64,000 bases of DNA. It comes from Azolla caroliniana. Lineage: Eukaryota; Plantae; Polypodiophyta. A program made the position numbers and the translations under genes. The stretch spans positions 6,820,001 to 6,884,000 of the forward strand of contig JBHGNT010000015.1 in the NCBI GenBank assembly GCA_043228905.1, read 5' to 3'. The notes below the pieces were generated by a model. The model was not told where the DNA came from. It was given only the letters and a program-made list of their open reading frames with translations, and did no database searches. This document shows, piece by piece, positions 63,378 to 64,000 of this stretch (position 1 is its first letter; each line of letters begins with the position of its first letter).

Positions 63378-64000
63378 CTAAAATAAAAAATCAATACATG
63401 TTACCTTTGCTCTACTAGGACATGTGTATTTAAAATCATAATTAGTAGGGAAGAAAAAAAATTAAAAATCAGGCAACTACATCAAAATCCTAAATCAAGT
63501 TTGGGTGAAATTTGCAGACAAACAACCATTGTAATAAGAAATGTGTATTGATGCAAAATTTCAAACCTAAATAATAAAAAAATCAACCGTAATCAGAAAT
63601 CAACTGCTTAAAGAAATCAAAAACCCTAATTAGAAACCTTAATTAAAAACCCTAATCAGAAACCCTAATTAGAAATCAACTACTTAAAGAAATCAGAAAT
63701 CCTAATCAGAAATATGTATGAAATCAACCTAATCAGAATTATTGACCAGGAACACACCTGCTACCACACCTCGATTTTTGTGATATCCTTGTATTGGATT
63801 CCAACGACGTCACCCTTACCATTTTTTATAAAAGATGAACAAGCAAGACAATTATCAGAAAGGGAAAGAAAAGAAGATTTTTGAATGCATGTAATGTGTA
63901 ACTGATTCATACCTGGACGAGGATCGAACTAGTGTGTGTTGGTGCTCTAAAGGTGCAATGTCTATATCAGAGTTTTTGTGTTGTTGCTGGAGCTTTGTCT

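Overview
Eukaryotic land-plant DNA rich in transposons. A fern, lycophyte or other non-seed plant is likely, inferred from the TE clades and the long TE-filled introns. The one intact host gene is on the minus strand: a mitochondrial methylmalonate-semialdehyde dehydrogenase (ALDH6B/MMSDH) with 19 exons over 48963..18844. All 18 introns are GT-AG, the exon phases are consistent, and the CDS is 1710 nt (569 aa). Introns 2, 5 and 9 are inflated by nested retroelements. The rest is a mosaic of decayed Ty1/Copia elements, Ty3/Gypsy elements (one is a chromodomain-bearing Tcn1/Tf1-like chromovirus), L1-like LINEs, an RTE/RTEX-like LINE family and a Penelope-like element. Main findings: (1) a type I hammerhead ribozyme fold at 29843-29895, linked to a Penelope-like RT in intron 5. 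(2) A 12-nt self-priming (tRNA-independent) PBS/LTR complementarity in the chromovirus. (3) A young Copia with non-canonical TG..TA LTR ends. (4) Repeated inversions inside retroelements. (5) An array of the palindrome TAGCTAATTAGCTA next to a decayed spliced gene with a RING-like C-terminus. Family assignments come from recognising motifs by eye; no searches were run.
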